64,000 nucleotides of DNA from Macrostomum hystrix (Eukaryota > Animalia > Platyhelminthes): NCBI GenBank assembly GCA_950097015.1, contig CATNEN010000030.1, positions 930,001 to 994,000 on the forward strand. The letters run 5' to 3'. The position numbers and the translations under genes are program-made. A model generated the notes under the pieces. It saw nothing but the letters and a program-made list of their open reading frames with translations. It was not told where the DNA came from and searched no databases. Of the stretch, positions 11,013 through 22,294 are shown in pieces (positions within the stretch are counted from its first letter, which is position 1; each line of letters opens with the position of its first letter).

Positions 11013-11816
11013 ATGTACGGCCCAGAGCCACCGCCGGGTTTTGTTGACCAGCCGCCCAGTCCGCCGCCAGCCTCCTCAAAGTCCTCCGATGCTGTTATAG
11101 AAGCCGTGCCGCCCTGCCAAATCGTTGGACCGCTGCCTGCGGAGCATCGGGCTCTTGACGAGCTGCGACACGCCTCGTCGCGCTTCGAAGACGAGCTCAA
11201 GAAGCAGAAGCAGCGCGATGGCGCTGATAAGGCCAGGCGGGAGGAATGGATGCTGGTTCCGCCCGAGGCGTTGGCTCCGTCGCTATTAGCAACCGGTCGA
11301 AAGCGGTCAGCGGTGCCGGACAAATCCTGGACTAAAGTGGCCGGCCGAGACGAGGCCGCCGATGACAGCGAAGACGATTGCGCCGAGGACTCGCTGGCGG
11401 CGGCGGAGCGTAAACAGCGCCTCGCATTCGAGACTGAGGGAGCCCGCCTGCGCGATGCCGAGATGGAGAAACTGGCGGCGGCCACTGCTGGCGGCGCCGA
11501 CTCTCGCTCCCTGCTGCAGCAGCACAGAGACAAACTGGCTAAGGAGCTTGCCGAACTGGAAAACAAAAAGAAGAAGAAGAAAGAGAAGAAGGAGAAAAAG
11601 AAGAAGGATAGCAAAAAGAAGAAATTCAAAAAGAAGCGATCCAGAAAGTCTTCTTCATCGTCAGACTCGTCAACCGGTCCTAGTCGAGTGCCATTTAATC
11701 GTGACACAGATTTGGCAATTAAAGGCCTGGACTCGAAGGTGAAGCAGAGCATTGTGGCCAAATCGCAGGCTGGCATGGCTAGCAGGTTCAGCCACGGCGG
11801 TCAGAAGTATTTGTGA
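11013..11816 (+). CDS. GPALPP1: GPALPP motif-containing protein 1-like (DUF3752), intronless, 267 aa
   Basis: YGPEPPPGF motif, REEWMLVPPE, RSLLQQH, a Lys-rich tract, and a C-terminus RVPFNRDTDL...SRFSHGGQKYL comparable to human RIPFDRDKDL...TRFSHGKGNMFL. Confidence 0.8.
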   Translation: MYGPEPPPGFVDQPPSPPPASSKSSDAVIEAVPPCQIVGPLPAEHRALDELRHASSRFEDELKKQKQRDGADKARREEWMLVPPEALAPSLLATGRKRSAVPDKSWTKVAGRDEAADDSEDDCAEDSLAAAERKQRLAFETEGARLRDAEMEKLAAATAGGADSRSLLQQHRDKLAKELAELENKKKKKKEKKEKKKKDSKKKKFKKKRSRKSSSSSDSSTGPSRVPFNRDTDLAIKGLDSKVKQSIVAKSQAGMASRFSHGGQKYL

Positions 11817-12033
11817 GACATTGGACTCTTGTGAATGACCTCATGATTGTCATTAATCTTGTGCTTTTTATCAACTTTAATCGGCTCAACTCATTGTACA
11901 TGTTATCAAATATAAACGCATAAAAATTATTGCATTTCTTAACGCCCTGAAACAGGCATTCAATAACTCAGGCAAGTCGTTAGAAAAAGCTATCACTTTT
12001 TACTTTTTTCTGCATTTGTCTTTAGACCAAATA

Positions 12034-13052
12034 CGAGGGCTGCTCAATAAGTTTCCGGAAAAACATATTTTAACATATCAAACCAGCATGAAATTTTACT
12101 AGCAGTCAGACACAGATCCTAACACTTCTCAAAATATCCGCCATCGCAATCCAAGCACTTTTTAAACCACGCAGAAAAACATGCCCCCAAATGGTCTCTG
12201 TTGATTTTCGCCAATTCGCCTTTCATCGCATTCAGCAGCTCCTCCTGGGTGTCAAAACGCCTCCCTTTCAAATTCCGCTTGATTTTCGGAAAGAGGAAGA
12301 AATCGCAAGGCGCCAGATCAGGTGAATACGGCGGATGTGGCAGCAGCGTCAGGTTTGTCGCCGACAAAAACTCTGACGTCACTCGGGCCTTGTGTGCCGG
12401 TGCGTTATCGTGGTGCAGGATGATGTGCCGATCTCTGGTCTTTGGCCGCTGTTCTTGAAGCGATCGCAGCACTTCAGTGAGGCATCTGGTTCTGTACCAC
12501 TCTGCCGTCACTGTGGCACCCTTGTCCAGCACCACAGGCGGCAGAATCCCACAGCGACGGAAGAAAACTGCGACCATCACTTTCCCGACACTGCGTTCTC
12601 GTGCGAATTTCACCGGCACTTCTTCACCATCAGCATCAGCTGCCTGGTGGCAGCCACAGTTGTAGGCGTGATGGCTGAATTCGGACGTCCTTCACGCGGA
12701 TCGTCGTCAAGACCGAATGCACCAGTCCGAAAACGAGCGTGCCACTCGTACACAATGCTCTGGCTTGGGGCTTCACTTCCAAGCGCCGTTTGAAGCATCT
12801 GCAGGCACTGGGATAGAGAATTTTCCAGGCGGAAAAGCAGCAGCAGCATGGCTCTCTTGTCACGCCGGGTCAGGCTTGGAGGTGGGTCCTGGTTCTCGTC
12901 AGTCTGAGCTCTCTTGCGAGTGAACATGGAAATGCAGCGACCTGAAATTTTAGGCATACTGTCTCAACATATTCCCCGATCATTTCCTAAAAAAGCTCCT
13001 AAAAATAATGCCGAGAACTATGTTTTCCCGGAAACTTATTGAGCAACCCTCA
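12034..13052 (-). mobile_element. Mariner (DD34D) transposon, internally deleted, 1019 bp
   Basis: 34-bp TIRs (31/34 match) at 12034-12067 and 13019-13052, TA on both flanks. Transposase fragments: HTH (GRP motif) at 12610-12957 and HDNAPAH...YSPDLAPCDF (D34D) at 12119-12619, in different frames; the first catalytic Asp region is missing. Confidence 0.92.
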
Positions 13053-13202
13053 TAGAACAAGATCGATGTACAATACTGAGACTTACCACGACCACTAGTA
13101 ATTTAAAAAAAAATCCGTACTTGTTCACATTACATGCCAAAATTCGACAAGTAATTCGAATGCGAAATGCGAATGCGAAAAGGCAACACGTGCTTACCAA
13201 CG

Positions 13203-13345
13203 GCACAGTTCCAACCAACTCCACACAGTTCCGACCAACTCCATACAGTTCCAATCAACTCCACACAGTTCCAACCAACTCTACACAGTTCCAACCAATT
13301 CTTCACAGTTCCAACCAACTCCACACAGTTCCAACCAACCAACCT
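13203..13345. repeat. 20-bp minisatellite (GTTCCAACCAACTCCACACA)
   Basis: About 7 copies. Confidence 0.9.
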
Positions 13346-13550
13346 TGTATGTTAACTGGTAAAATAGCCGGCTAATGGAGCATGACACTTTCTCCCATAG
13401 ACTATGCGCGCTTATGATCGTTTAAAATATTAGCAGCTCAAAGTCCGGTAAAACAAGGAAGTCTCTGTGTAGTGCTAGTTATGATCTAGCACAATAAGGG
13501 GGCAACATTTTCTAACGCATTTGCATCAGAGCTCCCTATTGGCCGACTGT

Positions 13551-13930
13551 ATGTCATCATCGACTCGGCAAAAACCCGTCCGCCAAAGCAGTCATCAAAA
13601 ATCGCCGTCAGTGCCGCGTCGCGACTTCCAACGACGTCACCGGACGAAATTCCATCGGCGTCGGCACAGTCATGACAGACGGTCGCCGCCGGCTGAGTTT
13701 GGCGCCACCCTGATCTACCAGCCCAGAGTCATAGACGACCTGTCAATGGACCTTGGCCACACGGCTGGCCATTTTGAGTCGGTTAAGAGCTCAATGTGCC
13801 AGGTGTATCGAGTGCTAATCATGGCACTGAATCGGCACGACCCACTGCCATGGATGGTGCGCGATGCGATCCGAGAAATGTCACTGGTAGACCGAAAGCG
13901 GCAACAACAGAAGCAGAAGCAGCTGCATAA
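13551..13930 (+). CDS. Uncharacterised ~480-aa protein, exon 1
   Basis: ctaac...gcatcag acceptor at 13529, ATG 13551, donor cataa|gtaatg (phase 2) compatible with the acceptor at 14520. No family recognised. Confidence 0.55.
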
Positions 13931-14127
13931 GTAATGGAGCAATTGTTATTTCCAACCAGATAATGGTCAAATAAGTAGACAGAAATGATACCTAACCCAG
14001 TTATGCCAGATTGCGCGGCGCAATTCAGTCCGTGGACTGTGGAGGCCGCCAATAATAATTATAATATTAATAGCAGAAGGGCTGCATGCAATGGCATATC
14101 ATTTGGTGACACTAGACCTGCAGCCAG

Positions 14128-14410
14128 CGAGGAGGCAATTCTGCCCATTCCGCTGACTCCTGAGCACACACGCACACAGATACTGTACGCAGGCACACAC
14201 TCACACAGGTGTGTACATCTGCCCTGACTTTCTCATCGTCTGGCAGTGTACACTCTCACTGTGCCTTGGAGGTTGGCGTAAATTGCACGACAAGCCCCCA
14301 AGCCTTCTCTCCGCGGCTGCGCCCAAATGAATGCGGCCTCGCCGAGCTCAGGGACATTGATGCGAGAGGCAGACTCGTTAACCGCTCTGCCACTAACCAC
14401 CTGTGGAGGC
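14128..14410 (+). mobile_element. Dispersed repeat (SINE/LINE-tail family) in the intron of the 480-aa gene
   Basis: Matches 3742-3985 (inverted). Its 3' part, gtaaattgcacgacaagcc...cagggacattgatgcgag, matches 59000-59147 (inverted). Confidence 0.7.
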
Positions 14411-14520
14411 GTCATACCAAGTCGAGAAATCTTGTCGGAAAAAATTTTAGCCACTTTTTAGTTAGAGGTCAATTTGATGATTTTATTTGAACTTACAATC
14501 TATCTTTTTCCACTCTCCAG

Positions 14521-15583
14521 AGACTCCACAAGTCATGCGAGCGGTTTTCAAAATAAAATTAACGATAAGCTACAATTTGTTCAGCAAAGAAGGGAAATCG
14601 AAACAATCACAGCCGTCGACATTCCTTACACATTGCGTCATTTAGAATTTGATCAGCACTCCGTTGTCGACACTAGCAACGCAGGTGACGACGGCCGCGG
14701 CAGAGGCGGCCTCTCCTTGTCGAATACTCCTAACCGCAGCCGAGTGAGTTCGGCCAAGGGTTCCAACTTAGCCTGGGATGCGATCGGTGACATTCTGGTC
14801 GACGGCCGACTGGCATTGATTGTCCGGGGTGCGGCTGCCTGCGCCGCGTCAGGAGGCGGAAAGCCCGTCAAGACTGTCGCCACATCGTCGTCAGCTTCGT
14901 CTCCATCGCTAGTTTTTCATTCGTCGATTAGCGCTGAATTCGATCGCCGCAATGTCGACGACCGTAGCGACAGCGTCAGTGGCAGCGGCTGCAGCAGCGG
15001 CAGCGAACCGACAGACAACGACAAACGCACCTTTATCGGTGGCACCGGAGGCGCATTGAAGGGCTTGGACAGCGCCACGCCTGTCTCTCGATCAATTTTC
15101 GAACCCATCGATGGAAGCAATTCGAATCGGGCTAAAAAAGCTTTTCATGGCAATGTCGTCCAGCCGTCCAAGATGCTAACAGCGGCGGCATCGTCAAAAG
15201 AGGCGACAGATTTTGTTAGGTCAGGTAGCGAGGCCAGGAGCCGCCATGTCTTCAGACCCAGGAAAATAAGCGGCGGCCGCGGCAACCGAATTTGCCCGAT
15301 GCATCATCAGCGAAGCCGCACGGCTGTCAGCGAGCTGTCCTGCGCTATCTGCGCCTCTCAGCACTTCCTCCAGCACCACTTAATGCGCCTGGTGCAGGAA
15401 TCCGGTGGATTCGGCGACCTCAGCCGTCTGGAAAACGCCCTGTCCGACTGTCTGCGCCTTCAGGAGCGATGGCGGCACAGTGTGCAGTGGGTGGCGAACT
15501 GTGTCAAAGATAAACAACTGCCGGATCCGATCCGTCCTCTGATTCAGTGCGTTAGCTCAGTCGATACTGGTCATTGCTGCTAG
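14521..15583 (+). CDS. Uncharacterised ~480-aa protein, exon 2
   Basis: Strong acceptor ctttttccactctccag|; phase 2; 1063-nt GC-rich open frame ending in TAG. Confidence 0.65.
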
Positions 15584-16074
15584 CCAGCGGGTTGCGGATT
15601 GCGAGGCCGCGGTGTTACTGTTAATCCACAGATTATCATCAGTACTGACGACATCGTGGCGCGTTGAGCTGCAGCAGCTAGTGAGGCTTCTTAGGCCTTG
15701 GCTTAGTAATGAAATTGATTTATAAAAACAATTTTTTCACTTGAATTTGCGCTTGGTAACAATTCGGGCGTATCCGCAGTTTAGAATGCTTTTGTGCCCT
15801 AAAAGATAATCGTTTGTTATACTGGTATTATAATCGAGCATATAGCTACAAAGGCGTGTGAAAATTAATTTGCTAATTTCTTTTTAAGAAAAACTTTTTT
15901 TTGTCTTTATGTTTCTCGTATAAAGACAGCTGTTACTGTACTACTGTAATTAAAAATGCTAGTATACTACCCTTGCTACTACTTACTCTGCAGGAGTATA
16001 CTACGAGCTCGTACAATAAAATTAAATTGCTTAAAAACGTTATAAACAGTTTTTTCTTCAATAATTCTCTTAAA

Positions 16075-19000
16075 ACTCTTGCTGCGATTCTAGCTGAGAT
16101 TCTTGCTGCGATTCTAGCTGAGACTCTTGCTGCGATTCCAGCTGTGATTCTTGCTGCGATTCTAGCTGAGACTCTTGCTGCGATTCTAGCTGAGATTCTT
16201 GCTGCGATTCTAGCTGAGACTCTTGCTGCATTTCTAGCTGAGACTCTTGCTGCGATTCTAGCTGAGACTGTTGCTGCAATTCTAGCTGAGACTCTTGCTG
16301 CGATTCTAGCTGAGACTCTTGCTGCGATTCTAGCTGAGACTGTTGCTGCATTTCTAGCTGAGACTCTTGCTGCGATTCTAGCTAGGAGACTCTTGCTACG
16401 ATTCTAGCTGAGACTCTGGCTACGATTCTAGCTGAGACTCTTGCTGCGATTCTAGCTGAGACTCTTGCTACGATTCTAGCTGAGACTGTTGCTACGATTC
16501 TAGCTGAGACTCTTGCTGCGATTCTAGCTAGGAGACTCTGGCTACGATTCTAGCTGAGACGTTGCTACGATTCTAGCTGAGACTCTTGCTGCGATTCTAG
16601 CTAGGAGACTCTTGCTACGATTCTAGCTGAGACTCTGGCTACGATTCTAGCTGAGACTCTTGCTACGATTCTAGCTGAGACTCTTGCTACGATTCTAGCT
16701 GAGACTGTTGCTACGATTCTAGCTGAGACTCTTGCTACGATTCTAGCTGAGACTCTTGCTGCGATTCTAGCTGAGACTCTTGCTACGATTCTAGCTGAGA
16801 CTGTTGCTACGATTCTAGCTGAGACTCTTGCTATGATTCTAGCTGAGACTGTTGCTACGATTCTAGCTAGGAGACTCTTGCTGCGATTCTAGCTAGGAGA
16901 CTCTTGCTGCGATTCTAGCTAGGAGACTCTTGCTGCGATTCTAGCTAGGAGACTCTTGCTACGATTCTAGCTGAGACTCTGGCTACGATTCTAGCTGAGA
17001 CTCTTGCTGCGATTCTAGCTGAGACTGTTGCTACGATTCTAGCTGAGACTGTTGCTACGATTCTAGCTGAGACTCTTGCTGCGATTCTAGCTAGGAGGAC
17101 TCTTGCTACGATTCTAGCTGAGACTCTGGCTACGATTCTAGCTGAGACTCTTGCTACGATTCTAGCTGAGACTCTTGCTACGATTCTAGCTGAGACTGTT
17201 GCTACGATTCTAGCTAGAAGACTCTTGCTATGATTCTAGCTGAGACTCTTGCTACGATTCTAGCTGAGACTCTTGCTATGATTCTAGCTGAGACTCTTGC
17301 TACGATTCTAGCTAGAAGACTCTTGCTATGATTCTAGCTGAGACTGTTGCCACGATTCTAGCTAGAAGACTCTTGCTGCGATTCTAGCTGAGACTCTTGC
17401 TACGATTCTAGCTGAGACTCTTGCTACGATTCTAGCTGAGACTGTTGCTACGATTCTAGCTAGGAGACTCTTGCTACGATTCTAGCTGAGACTCTTGCTA
17501 CGATTCTAGCTGAGACTCTTGCTACGATTCTAGCTGAGACTGTTGCTACGATTCTAGCTGAGACTCTTGCTGCGATTCTAGCTGAGACTCTTGCTACGAT
17601 TCTAGCTGAGACTGTTGCTACGATTCTAGCTGAGACTCTTGCTATGATTCTAGCTGAGACTGTTGCTACGATTCTAGCTAGGAGACTCTTGCTGCGATTC
17701 TAGCTAGGAGACTCTTGCTGCGATTCTAGCTAGGAGACTCTTGCTGCGATTCTAGCTAGGAGACTCTTGCTACGATTCTAGCTGAGACTCTGGCTACGAT
17801 TCTAGCTGAGACTCTTGCTGCGATTCTAGCTGAGACTCTTGCTACGATTCTAGCTGAGACTGTTGCTACGATTCTAGCTGAGACTCTTGCTGCGATTCTA
17901 GCTAGGAGACTCTTGCTACGATTCTAGCTGAGACTCTGGCTACGATTCTAGCTGAGACTCTTGCTACGATTCTAGCTGAGACTCTTGCTACGATTCTAGC
18001 TGAGACTGTTGCTACGATTCTAGCTAGAAGACTCTTGCTATGATTCTAGCTGAGACTCTTGCTACGATTCTAGCTGAGACTCTTGCTATGATTCTAGCTG
18101 AGACTCTTGCTACGATTCTAGCTAGAAGACTCTTGCTATGATTCTAGCTGAGACTGTTGCTACGATTCTAGCTAGAAGACTCTTGCTGCGATTCTAGCTG
18201 AGACTCTTGCTACGATTCTAGCTGAGACTCTTGCTACGATTCTAGCTGAGACTGTTGCTACGATTCTAGCTAGGAGACTCTTGCTACGATTCTAGCTAGG
18301 AGACTCTTGCTGCGATTCTAGCTGAAACTCTTGCTACGATTCTAGCTGAGACTCTTGCTACGATTCTAGCTGAGACTGTGCTACGATTCTAGCTAGGAGA
18401 CTCTTGCTACGATTCTAGCTGAGACTCTGGCTACGATTCTAGCTGAGACGTTGCTACGATTCTAGCTAGGAGACTCTTGCTACGATTCTAGCTGAGACTC
18501 TTGCTACGATTCTAGCTGAGACTCTTGCTGCGATTCTAGCTGAGGACTCTTGCTACGATTCTAGCTGAGACTGTTGCTACGATTCTAGCTGAGACTCTTG
18601 CTGCGATTCTAGCTAGGAGACTCTTGCTACGATTCTAGCTGAGACTCTGGCTACGATTCTAGCTGAGACTCTTGCTGCGATTCTAGCTGAGACTCTTGCT
18701 ACGATTCTAGCTGAGACTGTTGCTACGATTCTAGCTGAGACTCTTGCTGCGATTCTAGCTAGGAGACTCTTGCTACGATTCTAGCTGAGACTCTGGCTAC
18801 GATTCTAGCTGAGACTCTTGCTACGATTCTAGCTGAGACTGTTGCTACGATTCTAGCTGAGACTGTTGCTACGATTCTAGCTGAGACTCTTGCTACGATT
18901 CTAGCTGAGACTCTTGCTACGATTCTAGCTGAGACTGTTGCTACGATTCTAGCTGAGACTCTTGCTATGATTCTAGCTGAGACTGTTGCTACGATTCTAG

Positions 19001-20492
19001 CTAGGAGACTCTTGCTACGATTCTAGCTGAGACTCTTGCTACGATTCTAGCTGAGACTCTTGCTACGATTCTAGCTGAGACTCTTGCTACGATTCTAGCT
19101 GAGACTCTTGCTATGATTCTAGCTGAGACTCTTGCTACGTTTCTAGCTGAGACTCTTGCTGCGATTCTAGCTGAGACTGTTGCTATGATTCTAGCTGAGA
19201 CTCTTGCTACGATTCTAGCTGAGACTGTTGCTATGATTCTAGCTGAGACTGTTGCTATGATTCTAGCTGAGACTCTTGCTACGATTCTAGCTGAGACTGT
19301 TGCTACGATTCTAGCTGAGACTCTTGCTATGATTCTAGCTGAGACTGTTGCTACGATTCTAGCTAGGAGACTCTTGCTACGATTCTAGCTGAGACTCTTG
19401 CTACGATTCTAGCTGAGACTCTTGCTACGATTCTAGCTGAGACTCTTGCTACGATTCTAGCTGAGACTCTTGCTACGATTCTAGCTGAAACTCTTGCTAC
19501 GATTCTAGCTGAGACTCTTGCTACGATTCTAGCTGAGACTCTTGCTATGCTTCTAGCTGAAACTCTTGCTACGATTCTAGCTGAAACTCTTGCTACGATT
19601 CTAGCTGAAACTCTTGCTACGATTCTAGCTGAGACTCTTGCTACGATTCTAGCTGAGACTCTTGCTACGATTCTAGCTGAAACTCTTGCTATGATTCTAG
19701 CTGAGACTCTTGCTACGATTCTAGCTGAGACTCTTGCTGCGATTCTAGCTGAGACTCTTGCTACGATTCTAGCTGAGACTCTTGCTACGATTCTAGCTGA
19801 GACTGTTGCTACGATTCTAGCTAGGAGACTCTGGCTACGATTCTAGCTGAGACTCTTGCTATGATTCTAGCTGAGACTGTTGCTACGATTCTAGCTGAGA
19901 CTGTTGCTACGATTCTAGCTGAGACTCTTGCTACGATTCTAGCTGAGACTGTTGCTACGATTCTAGCTGAGACTGTTGCTACGATTCTAGCTGAGACTCT
20001 TGCTACGATTCTAGCTGAGACTCTTGCTACGATTCTAGCTGAGACTCTTGCTACGATTCTAGCTGAGACTCTTGCTACGATTCTAGCTGAGACTCTTGCT
20101 ACGATTCTAGCTGAGACTGTTGCTACGATTCTAGCTGAGACTGTTGCTACGATTCTAGCTGAGACTCTTGCTACGATTCTAGCTGAGACTCTTGCTACGA
20201 TTCTAGCTGAGACTGTTGCTACGATTCTAGCTGAGACTGTTGCTACGATTCTAGCTGAGACTCTTGCTACGATTCTAGCTGAGACTCTTGCTACGATTCT
20301 AGCTGAGACTCTTGCTACGATTCTAGCTGAGACTCTTGCTACGATTCTAGCTGAGACTGTTGCTACGATTCTAGCTGAGACTCGTTGCTACGATTCTAGC
20401 TGAGACTCTTGCTACGATTCTAGCTGAGACTCTTGCTACGATTCTAGCTGAGACTGGAGACTGGAGACTGGAGCTGCGATTCTAGCTGCGAT
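16075..20492. repeat. 24/25-bp minisatellite (GCTGAGACTCTTGCTACGATTCTA), ~4.4 kb
   Basis: Longest array; 8-aa periodic ORFs. Confidence 0.97.
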
Positions 20493-20497
20493 TATTT

Positions 20498-20622
20498 CTC
20501 GCATTTAACAGCTGGGTTAGCTCGAACAGTCTAGATTAAAGTGTCCTGCCAAAAGCCACAAATTGTTCCAGTTCCAGTGGAGCTGGGAATCGAACCGTAG
20601 ACCTACTGATTCGTATTCAGAT
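20498..20622 (-). mobile_element. Degenerate SINE copy (B-box and core)
   Basis: gggaatcgaacc (reverse-complement B-box) and catttaacagctgggt, shared with the 59190-59290 copy. Confidence 0.6.
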
Positions 20623-20706
20623 TTTTGCAGCTTTAGTTTTAAAGTTTAAACTACGAGCGGATATGCTCATTGGCTGCAAAGAACGACTAGGCAGTTCAGG
20701 TCAATC

Positions 20707-20752
20707 CAAAGATTATAAATACTTTTTATTTATAATATATTTATAATCTTTG
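20707..20752. mobile_element. 46-bp hAT-like micro-MITE
   Basis: Perfect 15-bp TIRs CAAAGATTATAAATA/TATTTATAATCTTTG flanked by the identical 8-bp direct repeat GGTCAATC (20699-20706 and 20753-20760). Confidence 0.75.
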
Positions 20753-20919
20753 GGTCAATCTGCTCACGTCAAATTACCATAGACAAATTTGACCAAAAAG
20801 CGAATAGATTTACTTACTCAAACAAAACCGACGGAACAGAAAACTTTTACCAGCTCAAGTTTAAAGAAAATTTAACGTTAAGGTTTAGTTCTATCCGACA
20901 GCCGCATAAAATATTAACT

Positions 20920-20975
20920 ATGATTGAAGAATTGAACTGCAAGAACTTTCACGCAGTTATCACTCAGCCAAACAG
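20920..20975 (+). CDS. Single-domain thioredoxin-fold protein, exon 1 (missed by the ORF track)
   Basis: ATG ATT GAA GAA TTG AAC TGC AAG AAC TTT... = MIEELNCKNFHAVITQPN, a typical PDI/Trx-domain start. Donor aacag|gtaata is phase 2 and matches the acceptor at 22294. Confidence 0.7.
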
Positions 20976-21074
20976 GTAATAAAATCAACAGGTGTTTATT
21001 GATATCATGGTCTTGCAATTGTCCGCGTTTATAATTGGTCCTCATGAAATTAAAGTAGATGTCACTGTTGCAAT

Positions 21075-22278
21075 CTCAGGTAGATACTATTATAGTATAA
21101 TCTCAGGTGGAGATATTAGAGTCTCACGTAGATATATTAGAATCTCAGGTAGATAAATTAGAATCACGCGTAGATATATTATAGTCTCATGTAGATATAT
21201 TAGAATCTCACGTAGATATATTATAGTCTCATGTAGATATATTAGAATCTCACGTAGATATATTAGAATCTCAGGTAGATATATTAGAATCTCACGTAGA
21301 TATATTAGAATCTCGCGTAGATATATTAGAATCTCAGGTAGATATATTAGAATCTCACGTAGATATATTATAGTCTCATGTAGATATATTAGAATCTCGC
21401 GTAGATATATTATAGTCTCATGTAGATATATTAGAATCTCACGTAGATATATTAGAATCTCAGGTAGATATATTAGAATCTCACGTAGATATATTAGAAT
21501 CTCACGTAGGTATATTAGAATCTCACGTAGATATATTAGAATCTCACGAAGATATATTAGAATCTCGCGTAGATATATTAGAATCTCAGGTAGATATATT
21601 AGAATCTCACGTACATATATTATAGTCTCATGTAGATATATTAGAATCTCACGTAGATATATTAGAATCTCGCGTAGATATATTAGAATCTCAGGTAGAT
21701 ATATTATAATCACAAGTGGATATATTAGAATCACAAGTGGATATATTAGAATCTCAGGTAGATATATTATAATCACAAGTGGATATATTAGAATCTCTGG
21801 TAGATATATTATAGTCTCATGTAGATATATTAGAATCTCACGTAGATATATTATAGTCTCATGTAGATATATTAGAATCTCACGTAGATATATTAGAATC
21901 TCACGTAGATATATTATAGTCTCATGTAGATATATTAGAATCTCACGTAGATATATTAGAATCTCACGTAGATATATTAGAATCTCACGTAGATATATTA
22001 TAGTCTCATGTAGATATATTAGAATCTCACGTAGATATATTATAATCACAAGTGGATATATTAGAATCTCAGGTAGATATATTATAATCACAAGTGGATA
22101 TATTAGAATCTCACGTAGATATATTATAATCACAAGTGGATATATTAGAATATCAGGTAGATATACTATAATCACAAGTGGATATATTAGAATCTCAGGT
22201 AGATATATTTTAATCACAAGTGGATATATTAGAATCTCAGGTAGATATATTATAATCACAAGTGGATATATTAGAATC
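21075..22278. repeat. 21-bp minisatellite (GTAGATATATTAGAATCTCAC) filling the thioredoxin intron
   Basis: 7-aa periodic ORF; ends ~16 nt before the acceptor. Confidence 0.95.
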
Positions 22279-22294
22279 TAATTTCTGCCTGCAG

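Noticed and set aside
11003-11776. 257-aa antisense ORF over GPALPP1, and similar shadow ORFs over NK3, LRRK and Rpt3
   Set aside because: Expected antisense or alternative-frame openness of GC-rich coding DNA; no independent motifs.
13985-14227. 80-aa ORF as a middle exon with donor cacag|gtgtgt at 14209
   Set aside because: The donor is phase-compatible with 14521, but the ORF's 3' half is the dispersed repeat and I found no compatible acceptor linking it to exon 1; the direct 13930-14521 splice is simpler.
15901-20403. ILAETLAT/ESQQESQL repeat ORFs
   Set aside because: By-products of the 24-bp satellite, broken repeatedly by 25-bp variants.
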